A DNA stretch of 64,000 nucleotides. It comes from a virus. Location: positions 33,729-97,728 of IMG/VR virus record IMGVR_UViG_3300028025_002789. One strand, written 5' to 3'. Of the stretch, positions 21,277 to 31,785 are shown piece by piece (position 1 is the first letter of the stretch; the number at the start of each line of letters is the position of its first letter). A program made the position numbers and the translations under genes. The notes beneath the pieces are model-generated. The model worked only from the letters and a program-made list of their open reading frames with translations, had not been told where the DNA came from and did not search any database.

Positions 21277-22083
21277 ATGAAAGCAGACCAATCAAAAAAT
21301 AGAATCCCGTCCAAAAAGATTACTCCAGGGACTCCTATTATTCTGCAAAAAGATAGTCCAGATTTAATATTTTTAAATCCTAAAAACGTTATTATTAAAG
21401 ATGGTAGCGGATTTGTTTATGATAAATTTTCAGGTGGAATTAATTTAGGAACACTTGGAGACGAAACACAAGGCGGCGACGAAAGCGTAGACTCAGATAA
21501 CCCGCTTCCATTTGTAGACACCGTTGATATGACAGATATAGAAAGCATCACATTTGAAGAATATATTGATCCTACAACAAAAATAACTAAATATAATGCT
21601 ATAATTAAAATTAGAAACGGTAGCGTAAATGCAAGTAGTGTTGTAGGTGTAGATGCAAGAATTTATGATTCATCTTCATCATCATATACGGCCTCTACTG
21701 CAATCTCTGCTAATAGCAATAGCCCTACATTTATTACTCCAACACCGACAGTACCATCAGTAATTTTTGATAGAACTGGATCAACTGGAGTATCTTGGGG
21801 ATGGAATGACTCAAGCGGATTTGGATCTTATGACTCAATATCCTATGAGTGGATTATAACAACTTTACAAACTGGAGGAACGGTTATTAGTTCAGGAACA
21901 AAAGCCTATCCTTCTTCATCATATTACGGTATAGGTGATAGCGGAAAAACTAGACAATATAGAATTAGCTCTTCACAAGGAGATACGCCAGCTTCTGCAT
22001 CTGCAAGATGGCTTAAAGTTAGGACAGTGGTAACTGGAACAAATGGTAAAAAATACTATTCCAATTACTCCACTGCAATTTGA
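21277..22083 (+). CDS. Minor tail protein
   Basis: Tail module; Ser/Thr-rich, FN3-like C-terminus; leaderless ATG 6 nt after TGGTATAAT. Confidence 0.55.
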   Translation: MKADQSKNRIPSKKITPGTPIILQKDSPDLIFLNPKNVIIKDGSGFVYDKFSGGINLGTLGDETQGGDESVDSDNPLPFVDTVDMTDIESITFEEYIDPTTKITKYNAIIKIRNGSVNASSVVGVDARIYDSSSSSYTASTAISANSNSPTFITPTPTVPSVIFDRTGSTGVSWGWNDSSGFGSYDSISYEWIITTLQTGGTVISSGTKAYPSSSYYGIGDSGKTRQYRISSSQGDTPASASARWLKVRTVVTGTNGKKYYSNYSTAI

Positions 22084-22094
22084 TAGGGGACAAA

Positions 22095-23237
22095 ATGATA
22101 AAAGGTGAATATGTAATATATGAAAACGGAAAAGAAATATTCCGATCCCCTAATATTATAACAAAGTTTGGCAAAAGATACTTCACACGCCAGCTTGCTG
22201 GAATGATTCAAAATAATTCTAAAGATATGGCAATCGGAATTAGTGAATCGAAGTCTATATCTACTGTTTCTGGAAACGGTACATCTATAACATTTACTAC
22301 AACTTCTGCACATGGACTATCTGTGGGTAATAAGGTTAGCATTGTGAACGTAAATCCAATAGCCTACAATTTATCTGATGTTATAATTGATACAGTTCCA
22401 ACATCCACTACTTTTACTGTACTGGGAACAACATCTTCAACATATGTATCTGGCGGGAATGTATGCTCAGACGTAGACACTAGACTAGGATTTGAAATAT
22501 ACAGAACTCCAGTATCTCTTGGAAGCACAGACATACAGGTTCAAAATGATACTGCTACATATTCAATTATTTATAAAGCTACAATACCACAAGATGTGTC
22601 TGGAGTTATATCAGAAATTGGATTATATCCATCACTAAGAACATCTTCAAATAGCTACGACAGCAAGTTTGTAGCAGATTTTGATAAGTACTTTGACTGG
22701 GTAGATTTAAATAATTATAGTCCAGCAACATCTCCAATTGGAGCAAAGGTAGGAGGAAATGTATTAACAATGACATCTAATGCTTCTTCCTCTAATGAGT
22801 ATAAGACTAACATATCTTTAGATCTAGAAGGATATAGCAATCAAGATTCTTTAACAATTGCATACTATAAAGAAGATACAAATCTTAATAAGATTACTTT
22901 AAAGTTTTATAGCTCTGATTCAGATTATTATTATGTGGATATTACTCCACAATCTGGAACTGGACATAAAATATCTTCCGATATTAATTTAAGCACACTA
23001 TTTGGAAACATAGTAGGGTCACCATCTAAATCAGAGATTATTAAAATTGGAGTGGTAATTGTTCCAAATGCTTCTACATCTACATCTGTAGGAATAGACT
23101 CATTAAGAATTAATGATGAGGATACCTTTGACCCTTTATTTGGATTACTAAGTAGAACAATTCTTTCTTCCCCATATTTAACTAAAATGGCTGGAAGACA
23201 AATAGACATAGAGTATAGATTAGACTTGGACTTTTAA
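22095..23237 (+). CDS. Minor tail/baseplate protein
   Basis: N.IT..GK, ISEIGLY and IEYRLD motifs; inserted T..AHGLSVG..V.I beta module. Confidence 0.6.
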   Translation: MIKGEYVIYENGKEIFRSPNIITKFGKRYFTRQLAGMIQNNSKDMAIGISESKSISTVSGNGTSITFTTTSAHGLSVGNKVSIVNVNPIAYNLSDVIIDTVPTSTTFTVLGTTSSTYVSGGNVCSDVDTRLGFEIYRTPVSLGSTDIQVQNDTATYSIIYKATIPQDVSGVISEIGLYPSLRTSSNSYDSKFVADFDKYFDWVDLNNYSPATSPIGAKVGGNVLTMTSNASSSNEYKTNISLDLEGYSNQDSLTIAYYKEDTNLNKITLKFYSSDSDYYYVDITPQSGTGHKISSDINLSTLFGNIVGSPSKSEIIKIGVVIVPNASTSTSVGIDSLRINDEDTFDPLFGLLSRTILSSPYLTKMAGRQIDIEYRLDLDF

Positions 23238-25643
23238 ATGGCATATGAAGACCTATTAAAAGATACCTCTAGGGTTGATTCAAGCAATAGTAATTACTTT
23301 TTAGTTACTATTACAGATATAGATGTAAACCAGTCATACCCAATTCAATTTAGATGGAAATATAATGATGGAACATTTTCTCCATGGTCTGCGGTTAGAG
23401 TAATAACAACTCCTGGAGAATCGGATCCAAATACTCCTAAATTTGTTTCTACAAATGTAGATGTGTCTACTCCTGGATTTTTAAAAATTACATGGGATGG
23501 AACTTCTGATGATGCTACACCAACACCACTTACAGATATAGATAGAGTAGATGTTTATATAAATGGTTTGCCATTTGATGGAACAAAGCCAGCAGCATCA
23601 TTTAAAACAGCTGGCACACAAGTAATAGCAGCTCCAGGTGGAACATATCAAATAGTTTTATACGCTGTTTCAAAACTAGGTAAACTTTCACCAGTTAGCG
23701 CAGCAGTTACTAAAACAGTTTCAGACATAAGCAACCCAGTAGTTGATCCAGAAGATCCAGAAGCGCCAACCGTAACCGCAGGACTTGCATCTGTTATCGT
23801 TGAATGGAGTGGTAAAAAAACTGGTGGTTTAGATTTTCCCACAGGAAGCTTTGCTGGAGCAAAAGTATTTATAGGAACCTCAGCAGGATTTACTCCAAGT
23901 GACAACAACTGGGTACACACATTAAATTTTGCAAATGGTTCAAACAAAGTATCAATTGGCGTAGGAACAATTATTGATAAAACTGCTGGAACCCTTCTAC
24001 AATACAATACTCCATACTATGTAAAAATAGATACGATTAACGCAAGTGGCACATCAAATAATAATCCCATTGCAGCCTCTGGTAATCCAATTACTGTAAA
24101 TAAAGTTGCCGCAAGCGAAATTAAAACAGGAACACTTGCAGCAGATGCATCAATTACGGCTGGAATAGATGGTGGATCTAGGGTTGTTTTATCTGGTGGA
24201 GCCAACCCACTTGTAATATATGGAACTAATGGAACTACAGAATTATTAAAATTTACTGGTGGAGCAACTGGAACATTAACCGTAAATGGAGGCGGAACAT
24301 TTACAGGAGATTTATCAGCTGGATCAGGATCCTCTATATTTAAATCAGATACAAGCGGAATATATCTTGGAAATGCAGTATATGCTTCTGCGCCGTTTAG
24401 TGTTTCTAGAAATGGTGTATTAAAAGCAGAGTCTGGAACTATTGGAGGATGGGTTCTTGGAAGCACATATTTACAAAATGCTTCAGTATCCCCAACAATC
24501 AAAATTGACACTACTGGAATTATAGTAGGATCTACATCTAATCCATATATTGATATCACATCTTCTGGTATTACTCATAGAAATGCAAATGGAACCGCAA
24601 GCGGCAAATTTACTTTAACCACTGGGCCGTCAGCGCAATTAACAATTGATGGCACATTTACAATTAGTGGGTCCTCAACCATTGATGGAACAGCAGCATC
24701 TACAGTTGTATCTAATGCTTCAACTGGGTCAACAGCAATTCAATCTGGAAATGGAGTTACAAAAAATTCTAGTAATCAAATAACTAGAATTAGTACTAAT
24801 GGTGGAATTGTAGTTTCAAGTTCTACAGCTTCAAGCGGAGCAAGAGTAGAATTAACAAATACTGGATTTTATTCTTATAACGGAAGCGGTCAGGAAACTG
24901 TTAGTATAAATGCATCAGATGGATCCGCCTCATTTGCTGGAACAGTAAATGCTAATTCTGGATACTTAGGAAACTCATCTTCTGGATGGAATATTACATC
25001 TACATCGATAAATAATAACGCTAGTACATCAGCAGGAGTTACAGCAATTTTTGCAACCCCATCTGCTGGATATAGCATACTTGTTCCTGGAAAAATAGTT
25101 TCTGACGGCGGATTCCAGTCAGATCTTGGAATTCAATTAGTAAGAGGCGGAAGCACAACTTCAAACTCATTCTGGAAGTCTCTTGGAAACATGTCACCAT
25201 TTTTTGACAACGGATATACAGTTGGCTCATCTAGCTGGAAATGGTCTGCAATATGGGCATACACTGGAACAATTCAGACTTCTGATCAAAGGCTTAAAAA
25301 AGATATTATAGAGTCTAGTCTGGGCCTAGAATTCATTAATGCTCTAAATCCAGTTTCTTATAAATGGATAATTGGAGGACGAAAGCCAATATATGACGAA
25401 GAAACAAAATCTTTTACAAGCACAGAAGATGTACCAGGAACAAGAACACATTATGGATTTTTGGCACAAGAAGTAAAACAAGCTTTAGATACGGTGGCAC
25501 CTGGAAAAGATTTCTCTGGCTGGGTTCTAACAGATAAAGATGATCCAGAGTCTGAGCAAGCACTAAGATATGAAGAATTTATATCCCCAATGGTAAAGGC
25601 CATACAAGAGTTATCAGCAAGGCTTGACGCCCTAGAAGCATAA
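23238..25643 (+). CDS. Tail fibre with C-terminal intramolecular chaperone (peptidase S74)
   Basis: FN3-like N-terminus, Gly/Ser/Thr-rich shaft, SDQRLKKDI...LNPVSYKW...GFLAQEV...YEEFISPMVKAIQEL. Confidence 0.88.
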   Translation: MAYEDLLKDTSRVDSSNSNYFLVTITDIDVNQSYPIQFRWKYNDGTFSPWSAVRVITTPGESDPNTPKFVSTNVDVSTPGFLKITWDGTSDDATPTPLTDIDRVDVYINGLPFDGTKPAASFKTAGTQVIAAPGGTYQIVLYAVSKLGKLSPVSAAVTKTVSDISNPVVDPEDPEAPTVTAGLASVIVEWSGKKTGGLDFPTGSFAGAKVFIGTSAGFTPSDNNWVHTLNFANGSNKVSIGVGTIIDKTAGTLLQYNTPYYVKIDTINASGTSNNNPIAASGNPITVNKVAASEIKTGTLAADASITAGIDGGSRVVLSGGANPLVIYGTNGTTELLKFTGGATGTLTVNGGGTFTGDLSAGSGSSIFKSDTSGIYLGNAVYASAPFSVSRNGVLKAESGTIGGWVLGSTYLQNASVSPTIKIDTTGIIVGSTSNPYIDITSSGITHRNANGTASGKFTLTTGPSAQLTIDGTFTISGSSTIDGTAASTVVSNASTGSTAIQSGNGVTKNSSNQITRISTNGGIVVSSSTASSGARVELTNTGFYSYNGSGQETVSINASDGSASFAGTVNANSGYLGNSSSGWNITSTSINNNASTSAGVTAIFATPSAGYSILVPGKIVSDGGFQSDLGIQLVRGGSTTSNSFWKSLGNMSPFFDNGYTVGSSSWKWSAIWAYTGTIQTSDQRLKKDIIESSLGLEFINALNPVSYKWIIGGRKPIYDEETKSFTSTEDVPGTRTHYGFLAQEVKQALDTVAPGKDFSGWVLTDKDDPESEQALRYEEFISPMVKAIQELSARLDALEA

Positions 25644-25675
25644 TGCTATTATAGGTATCTACAGATAGGATAGTT

Positions 25676-25831
25676 ATGTCAAATAAGGCAGAATTAGTAA
25701 TTACCGCTCTACAACAGCGTATAGGAGAAATTGTATCTAATTATGAAACTCAGATTGCAGTTTTACGTGCAGAGATTACTCAACTTATGGAAGCAAATGA
25801 TTCGAAAGAAACAGACACAGACTCTAACTAA
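25676..25831 (+). CDS. Small coiled-coil protein, 51 aa (not in ORF track)
   Basis: MSNKAELVITALQQRIGEIVSNYETQIAVLRAEITQLMEA...; SD AGGA. Confidence 0.7.
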   Translation: MSNKAELVITALQQRIGEIVSNYETQIAVLRAEITQLMEANDSKETDTDSN

Positions 25832-26186
25832 TCCAGTAATACTTCCATCAGGTCTAGCAGTAAAAACAGACAGTGGAGTATATTGGGTTAAAGACGGTAA
25901 AAGGTTTAAACTTATATCTGACCGTGCCGCAAAGTCATGGAATTTCCCTACAGTAAATGCTACAGATCAAGCAGTTTCCTCTATGAAAATTGTTGGAAAA
26001 CTAGGATTCAGAGACGGAACCTTGATAAAGAACATAGCAGATGGTAAAATATATTTAGTATCACAGAATAAACGTAGGCATATAGTAACCCCAGATTCGT
26101 TTGCTAAATATGGCCTTAATAGATCTAGCACGATAGAAGTTAGTGAATCTGAAACAAATATGCACGACTTAGGAGAAAACTTATAA
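25797..26186 (+). CDS. Two-repeat beta protein, possible cell-surface binding
   Basis: Internal duplication G.xVK....VY.V..GKR..I.S / GTLIK....IYLV..NKRRHI.T. Confidence 0.55.
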   Translation: MIRKKQTQTLTNPVILPSGLAVKTDSGVYWVKDGKRFKLISDRAAKSWNFPTVNATDQAVSSMKIVGKLGFRDGTLIKNIADGKIYLVSQNKRRHIVTPDSFAKYGLNRSSTIEVSESETNMHDLGENL

Positions 26187-26581
26187 TGGCATCTTTAATA
26201 CCAGTAACTTTCAATGAAGGTGAGCCATTAGACGTTACTAAGTTAAATAATCTTAGGCTTAATATTACAGAAACATATGCTACGGCAGCGGCTCTTCAGA
26301 ACGCTACTCTTGACGGCAAATCAATTCCAGTAATTGACTCTGGAACAGTACAGGTAAAAACTAAAGTTGGAAAATCAGATCCAGTAAATTTACCAATTAA
26401 TCCAAACTTTTCTGGAACACCAATGTTTATTGTATCAATTGGTGGAGGGTCTACTTCTGGAGCACAGATCACCCTAGCTATTCAAAATGCAGCATCAGCC
26501 CCACAAGTATATGCAATTTCAAATAAAGCTGATTTAAATATAGTAGTTAATTATATAGCAATAGAAAAAAAGAGTATTTAG
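26186..26581 (+). CDS. Short minor tail/fibre protein
   Basis: F..GEPLD..KLN N-terminus and VNYIAI C-terminal strand. Confidence 0.55.
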   Translation: MASLIPVTFNEGEPLDVTKLNNLRLNITETYATAAALQNATLDGKSIPVIDSGTVQVKTKVGKSDPVNLPINPNFSGTPMFIVSIGGGSTSGAQITLAIQNAASAPQVYAISNKADLNIVVNYIAIEKKSI

Positions 26582-26584
26582 TAC

Positions 26585-26648
26585 TTGACACCTCAAATCA
26601 ATATGTTACAATTACTGTAACATTAAAGTCACGGCCTCGTGACTTTTT
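26585..26648 (+). promoter_or_regulatory. Promoter of the replication module with palindromes and GTNAC boxes
   Basis: TTGACA-N16-TACAAT; ATGTTACA-N5-TGTAACAT; AAAGTCACG-gcct-CGTGACTTT. Confidence 0.7.
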
Positions 26649-26665
26649 CCACATTAAGGTATAAA

Positions 26666-27466
26666 ATGAGTAACGATTTAAAATGGATGCTATCTTCAGA
26701 TCAGCAGTTTCCATATCAAGATGATAAGATGATTGCCCTGTGGTTTAAAGTCATGAAATGGTTTAAGCCAGACGTAGTTGACTACCTTGGAGATACAGAT
26801 GATCAGGCATGCTATAGCAAATACACGGAAGGTAAGTCAGCAGAGTTTTTAAACTATCATAAGAGTGATAGTAAAGATTTAATTGTTCCAATGATGCGCC
26901 ATGAAGCAAAGGGTGCAAGGGATTTTTATGCTAAGACAAGAGAGATGTTGCCAGATGCACAATTATTTTCAGCATTAGGTAATCACGATATTAGAATATT
27001 TAATTATGTAGACGCAAAGCTTCCAGAATATATTTCTGAGGTAACACCAGAGTCCATGTGGAGCTTAGATTCATTAGGATATGAATATATTTATTACAAT
27101 GAATTACCAAAGAGACGTTTTGGAGACATTCACGTACATCACGGACTTTCAATTGCAGCAGGTGGAGCAGTAAGAAAAGACATGGAAGATCTACAAATAT
27201 CTTTAATACGTGGGCACTCACATAGAATTGCTTCACATATGGTAACCTATGAGCTTAGAAATAATGGAGAAGGCGAAACACTTCGTGGCTACGAAATTGG
27301 TCACATGTGTGACGAAAAGAGTGACGGAATGAAATATAGCCAACACCATGATTGGCAAAAGGGATTTGCAGTTGCTCACATTGTAAATGATTACCCACAT
27401 ATTCAAATGATTCACATTGCCCCAGATTACTCATGCGTTGTGGATGGAAAAGTATTCACGCTATGA
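26666..27466 (+). CDS. Calcineurin-like metallophosphoesterase
   Basis: SD.Q, LGD..D, GNHD, HG, GHSH motifs. Confidence 0.88.
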   Translation: MSNDLKWMLSSDQQFPYQDDKMIALWFKVMKWFKPDVVDYLGDTDDQACYSKYTEGKSAEFLNYHKSDSKDLIVPMMRHEAKGARDFYAKTREMLPDAQLFSALGNHDIRIFNYVDAKLPEYISEVTPESMWSLDSLGYEYIYYNELPKRRFGDIHVHHGLSIAAGGAVRKDMEDLQISLIRGHSHRIASHMVTYELRNNGEGETLRGYEIGHMCDEKSDGMKYSQHHDWQKGFAVAHIVNDYPHIQMIHIAPDYSCVVDGKVFTL

Positions 27467-27651
27467 TGAAATGTCAGAGATGTAAGGGCAGAGTATTTAT
27501 TGATAGAGTGTTTTCACAAAAATTACATATAGAACTTTTCTGCATATTGTGTGGAAAACGATGGATGATCAACAAAGAATTGAATGCATTTGCCAAATGG
27601 TTAGATCAAAACGACAGAGAACACGCAAAAAATTACTCTATTTCTTCTTAA
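27463..27651 (+). CDS. Small zinc-ribbon protein
   Basis: CQRC...CILCG. Confidence 0.7.
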   Translation: MMKCQRCKGRVFIDRVFSQKLHIELFCILCGKRWMINKELNAFAKWLDQNDREHAKNYSISS

Positions 27652-28079
27652 ACGGGAAGATACATAAAGTAATTAGAACATCAAAAGCTAGGGATGAGCT
27701 AGTTGCTTGGTGCTACCCAGATAAAAAAAGAGTTATGTATGCCTATTCTCAGGTAAAAAAGAATATGGGTAATGCTTACTCTATTAAAAATGTATGCGAA
27801 ATCTTAAATAGGCACAGAGTTACGGTAGAAGAATATATTCTTCAGGGCAAAATTAAAGAGCCTCAGAGAGTTTATCCTATTAGTAACCCAGACTCAACAT
27901 GGTATAAGTTTATGTTTAGCGAGTCCGATATATACGATTTGCACCAATTTATACTAGATGCTGGCTATACAAAAGATTTTCCATCTAAGGCAGAATTGAC
28001 TGCTCTTCTCAAACACAACTTAATATTGTATACTAAGACAGACGAGGGTAGCTTCGTACCAGTATGGAAGGCGGAATAA
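27597..28079 (+). CDS. MerR/excisionase-like HTH DNA-binding protein
   Basis: YSIKNVCEILNRHRVTV..Y...GKI..P...FSESDI. Confidence 0.65.
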   Translation: MVRSKRQRTRKKLLYFFLNGKIHKVIRTSKARDELVAWCYPDKKRVMYAYSQVKKNMGNAYSIKNVCEILNRHRVTVEEYILQGKIKEPQRVYPISNPDSTWYKFMFSESDIYDLHQFILDAGYTKDFPSKAELTALLKHNLILYTKTDEGSFVPVWKAE

Positions 28080-28285
28080 TGGCAGAGACTAGAGTAAAGG
28101 TAGATCTTTCTTTTACTAGAAATCTTGGTAACTACGAGAGTATCAAGATAGGTATTGGTATTGAGGATGATATTAGGCATGGAGAAAATGTTGATACTGC
28201 AACAGAAAGAGTTTATAAGTTTGTAGAAGAAAAGCTTATTCAAAAAACTCGTGAGGTAGAGGAAGAATTAAAGCATGGCAAATAA
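28079..28285 (+). CDS. Hypothetical protein
   Basis: Coupled ORF; TRNLGNYESIKI motif. Confidence 0.7.
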   Translation: MAETRVKVDLSFTRNLGNYESIKIGIGIEDDIRHGENVDTATERVYKFVEEKLIQKTREVEEELKHGK

Positions 28286-28592
28286 TAGAGAGCCTTATAT
28301 TTTGCTAACAATGTATCAAAATCTATATAGCGAAAAATATGGTAAGGCTGCTACTATAAATAAGTTTAGAGAGAAGTGGGGAATGCAAGACGTTATAGAG
28401 AGTGTTGGCTTTGATCGTGCAAAACAACTTATTGAGTATTATTTCACAACATCAAAGATAAACCACACACTGCAATTCTTCTTCTATAACTTTGACAAGC
28501 TAGACATAATGCAAAAAGAAATTGAAAAGGATAAAGCAAACCGTAAACTATTACGGCAGGCTACTAAAAGATTAGTGGAGGGCGGAGAATAA
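28275..28592 (+). CDS. Hypothetical protein upstream of helicase (possible loader)
   Basis: Coupled to dnaB; function guessed from position only. Confidence 0.55.
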   Translation: MANNREPYILLTMYQNLYSEKYGKAATINKFREKWGMQDVIESVGFDRAKQLIEYYFTTSKINHTLQFFFYNFDKLDIMQKEIEKDKANRKLLRQATKRLVEGGE

Positions 28593-29830
28593 TGAATACA
28601 GAAGCAACTTTAATATCTGCGGTATGCAAAAATAAAGACATTAGCACTCTGCTAGCAGACAATGTTGATGAACTGTTTACCTCTCATAGAGATATATGGG
28701 AAGGCCTAAAATCGTATTACTATAAGTTTAAAGCTGTGCCAGAAGTTGGAGTTCTTCAGGAGAAGTTTAAAGACTTTGAGCCAGACAATAATGTAAAAGC
28801 AGAAACTGGATACTATTTAGATACACTAAAGAATGAATACCTTTCTGCAAGACTAAAGAGTGTTATTCTTAGAAGTGGTTCTGCATTAAAAGAAGAGGCA
28901 GCATCCAGAGTACTTGCTGAAATGCAAAGTCAGTTAGCAGGCCTATCAAAGTTTACAAACAATGTTCGTGACTTAGACGTAACAGATTTAGAATCAGCAG
29001 AAAGACATTTTCAATCAGTAAAAGATCGTTCTGCAGTAATGGGTGGAAGTCCAGGAATATCAACTGGATTCCAAGCTATTGATACAGCATATCCAACTGG
29101 TATGGCTCCAGGACATTTAATTGTTGCAATTGGTTGGCCAGGAAAAGGTAAGACATGGTTCACATCGTATCTTGCATGTAAGGCATGGGAGCAAGGATTT
29201 AAGCCAATGATCATATCCCTTGAAATGTCTCCAGAAAATATGCGTGATCGTATTTATACAATGTTGGGATCTGGCCTATTCAAGGCTAGTGATTTATCAA
29301 AAGGTGATATTAATATAGATGATTTCAGGACGTGGGGTAAAAAGAAGTTTGAAGGAAAGAATAGCTTTGTCCTTGTATCTAATGAAGGCACGGCTGAAGT
29401 TACTCCTGCTACGGTACAAGGTAAGATCGATCAGCACAAACCAGATCTCGTTATCTTGGATTATCATCAGCTCTTTAATGATAATAAGCGCAGTAATTCT
29501 GAAGTAGAGCGTAACCGTAATATTTCTCGTGAGTTTAAGTTGCTTGCTGTATCTAATAATATTCCAATTATAGATATTACTGCTGCAACTGCTGACGACA
29601 TTTCAGATCAAGAGAATCCGCCTATGATGTCACAGGTTGCTTGGTCAAAAGCAATTGAGTATGATGCTGATATGGCTATGGCTATTCATAGATATCCAGG
29701 AACAAATTTAATTGAAGTTGTTTCAAGAAAGAATAGACACGGGCACGAGTTTGATTTCCACCTAGACTGGGATATCAATAGAGGTATTATTAAAGAGTTA
29801 TATGACTACGTACCACCACAAACAAATTAA
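28592..29830 (+). CDS. dnaB: DnaB-like replicative helicase
   Basis: Walker A GWPGKGKT, SLEMS, VILDY, IEYDAD, KNRHG. Confidence 0.93.
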   Translation: MNTEATLISAVCKNKDISTLLADNVDELFTSHRDIWEGLKSYYYKFKAVPEVGVLQEKFKDFEPDNNVKAETGYYLDTLKNEYLSARLKSVILRSGSALKEEAASRVLAEMQSQLAGLSKFTNNVRDLDVTDLESAERHFQSVKDRSAVMGGSPGISTGFQAIDTAYPTGMAPGHLIVAIGWPGKGKTWFTSYLACKAWEQGFKPMIISLEMSPENMRDRIYTMLGSGLFKASDLSKGDINIDDFRTWGKKKFEGKNSFVLVSNEGTAEVTPATVQGKIDQHKPDLVILDYHQLFNDNKRSNSEVERNRNISREFKLLAVSNNIPIIDITAATADDISDQENPPMMSQVAWSKAIEYDADMAMAIHRYPGTNLIEVVSRKNRHGHEFDFHLDWDINRGIIKELYDYVPPQTN

Positions 29831-30113
29831 AAGATTTCAGGTGTCTGTACAATTTCGTGACGATTCTGACATAATTAGAATGAGGCATCAGTACGAAAGC
29901 TTATTGTTAGATAAAATGCGTGGAGATGGATATGCAAGAATACTTGACATAGACACTGCATTTTCGATAGAATTTACTGGAGAGACATGGAAGTTCTTAA
30001 TGACTCTTCAGGGAATATACGTAGGAAGGAAAAAGGCATGGCAATCAGAGGGAATTACGCAAGGAAAGTTGATTCCACGCAGTACTCGCCAAACCACATT
30101 AAGTCAATTCTAA
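29802..30113 (+). CDS. Hypothetical protein
   Basis: ORF bridging helicase and primase. Confidence 0.65.
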   Translation: MTTYHHKQIKRFQVSVQFRDDSDIIRMRHQYESLLLDKMRGDGYARILDIDTAFSIEFTGETWKFLMTLQGIYVGRKKAWQSEGITQGKLIPRSTRQTTLSQF

Positions 30114-31036
30114 AAGGACTTGGACTTGATATAACTGGTGAGACGTCAAATGATTTCCTATGCTACTGCCCATTTCATTCTAATAGACACACTTCAAGCT
30201 TTAGCGTAAGCAGAGAGTATGGTGCTTTTATATGTTTTAATCCAGCATGCGGAGAAGCTGGAACTCTTATAGAGTTAGTTAAAAAGATTTTACAAAAAAA
30301 TGATTTCCAAGCAATGAGATTTATTTCATCTAAAGAGGCAGAGATCCTAGATAACTTTGAAGAGACCATGTCTGATATGTTTGAGGATAAGCCAGACTTT
30401 CAAGAATTTAATAAGGAAACCATTTATAAGTTGCTTGAAGAACGAAAGAGCAACAAAGAGGCAAGCGACTATTTTATTTCTCGTGGTATTAATTTAGAGT
30501 CTATGGACTACTTTGACCTAGGTTATTCTAAAAATATGAAGATGGTTACCGTCCCAGTTCATAGTCCAGATGGAACATGCATTGGAATTGTTGGAAGGTC
30601 TATTGAGGGTAAGTCCTTTAAGAACAGTACCAATCTTCCAAAAAGTAAAACAATGTTTAATATACATCGTGCCAAAAGAGTCGGAGACAATGTTATAGTA
30701 GTAGAATCTAGTTTCGATGCAATTCGTGTACATCAAGCGGGATTCCCCAATGTTGTTGCTACCCTTGGAGGATTTTTATCGGTAGAGCAGCAAGGACTAC
30801 TAAATAGACACTTTAATAAAATAACTATTCTCACAGACAACGATGTTGCTGGTAGAGAACTTGGCTACAGCATAGCCAATAAATTAAAAATGAAAGACAT
30901 CTTGTGGGGATCGTATGAATATGGTAAGATATATCCTCATGGTGCAAAAGATGCTGGTGATATGACTGATGAGGAAATTAAAGCCTGCATAAAAAATTCT
31001 GTATCCAATATAGAATACAGATCTTGGAACTCGTGA
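30038..31036 (+). CDS. dnaG: DNA primase (zinc finger + TOPRIM)
   Basis: CPFH...CF..ACG, VVES.FD, TDNDVAG, KDAGD. Start moved to ATG 30038. Confidence 0.92.
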   Translation: MAIRGNYARKVDSTQYSPNHIKSILKGLGLDITGETSNDFLCYCPFHSNRHTSSFSVSREYGAFICFNPACGEAGTLIELVKKILQKNDFQAMRFISSKEAEILDNFEETMSDMFEDKPDFQEFNKETIYKLLEERKSNKEASDYFISRGINLESMDYFDLGYSKNMKMVTVPVHSPDGTCIGIVGRSIEGKSFKNSTNLPKSKTMFNIHRAKRVGDNVIVVESSFDAIRVHQAGFPNVVATLGGFLSVEQQGLLNRHFNKITILTDNDVAGRELGYSIANKLKMKDILWGSYEYGKIYPHGAKDAGDMTDEEIKACIKNSVSNIEYRSWNS

Positions 31037-31088
31037 TATAATAAAAAATACAGATGGATATATACCATCAAATACAAAGGAGATATAA

Positions 31089-31760
31089 ATGAGTATAGTA
31101 AAGGGTCTAAAAGACCTAAACAAGGCACTAGATAAGCCTACATATAGTGGCGGAGATGAAAGTAAGGCTCGCTGGCTTAAGATCGAAGACGGCGAAAGCG
31201 TTAAAATTCGATTCCTTCAGGAACTAGATCCAGATTCACCAAACTATAATGATAAACTTGGATGTGGCTTTATAGCACTTGAGCACACAAATCCAAAGGA
31301 TTACCGTCGCAAAGCTTTAGACACAATGGAAACAGAAGGTCGTGACTGGGCAAACGAACAACATCGTAAAGACCCAAAGGCTGGCTGGAAAGCAAGAACA
31401 AGACTATACATTAATGTATTAGTAGACGATGGTAAAACAGAACCGTACGTTGCAATTCTTTCTCAAGGAACCAGTGGAAAGACTATTACACCTACCCTTA
31501 TTGAATACGCTGGGGAAATGGGAAGCATTACTAATTTAATGTGGCGAGTAAAGCGCAACGGAACAAAAACAGACACAAGCTATACAATTATTCCATTAGC
31601 CAAAGATGAATCACAATTTGATTTCTCTGCTATTGAATTGTATGATCTTGAAAAAACTGCAGTTCGTCACGTACCGTATGGGGAGCAAGAAGCTTTTTAT
31701 ATGGGAGACGGAACAAACTCAGATGAGTCTTCTGCTACATCTAGCAGCGTAGACTGGTAA
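31089..31760 (+). CDS. Single-stranded DNA-binding protein (gp32-like)
   Basis: KIRFL, YINV, R.G...DTSYTI; acidic tail ending DW; lies between primase and polymerase. Confidence 0.8.
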   Translation: MSIVKGLKDLNKALDKPTYSGGDESKARWLKIEDGESVKIRFLQELDPDSPNYNDKLGCGFIALEHTNPKDYRRKALDTMETEGRDWANEQHRKDPKAGWKARTRLYINVLVDDGKTEPYVAILSQGTSGKTITPTLIEYAGEMGSITNLMWRVKRNGTKTDTSYTIIPLAKDESQFDFSAIELYDLEKTAVRHVPYGEQEAFYMGDGTNSDESSATSSSVDW

Positions 31761-31785
31761 GACAAAAGTAAAGGCGGAGAGTTAA

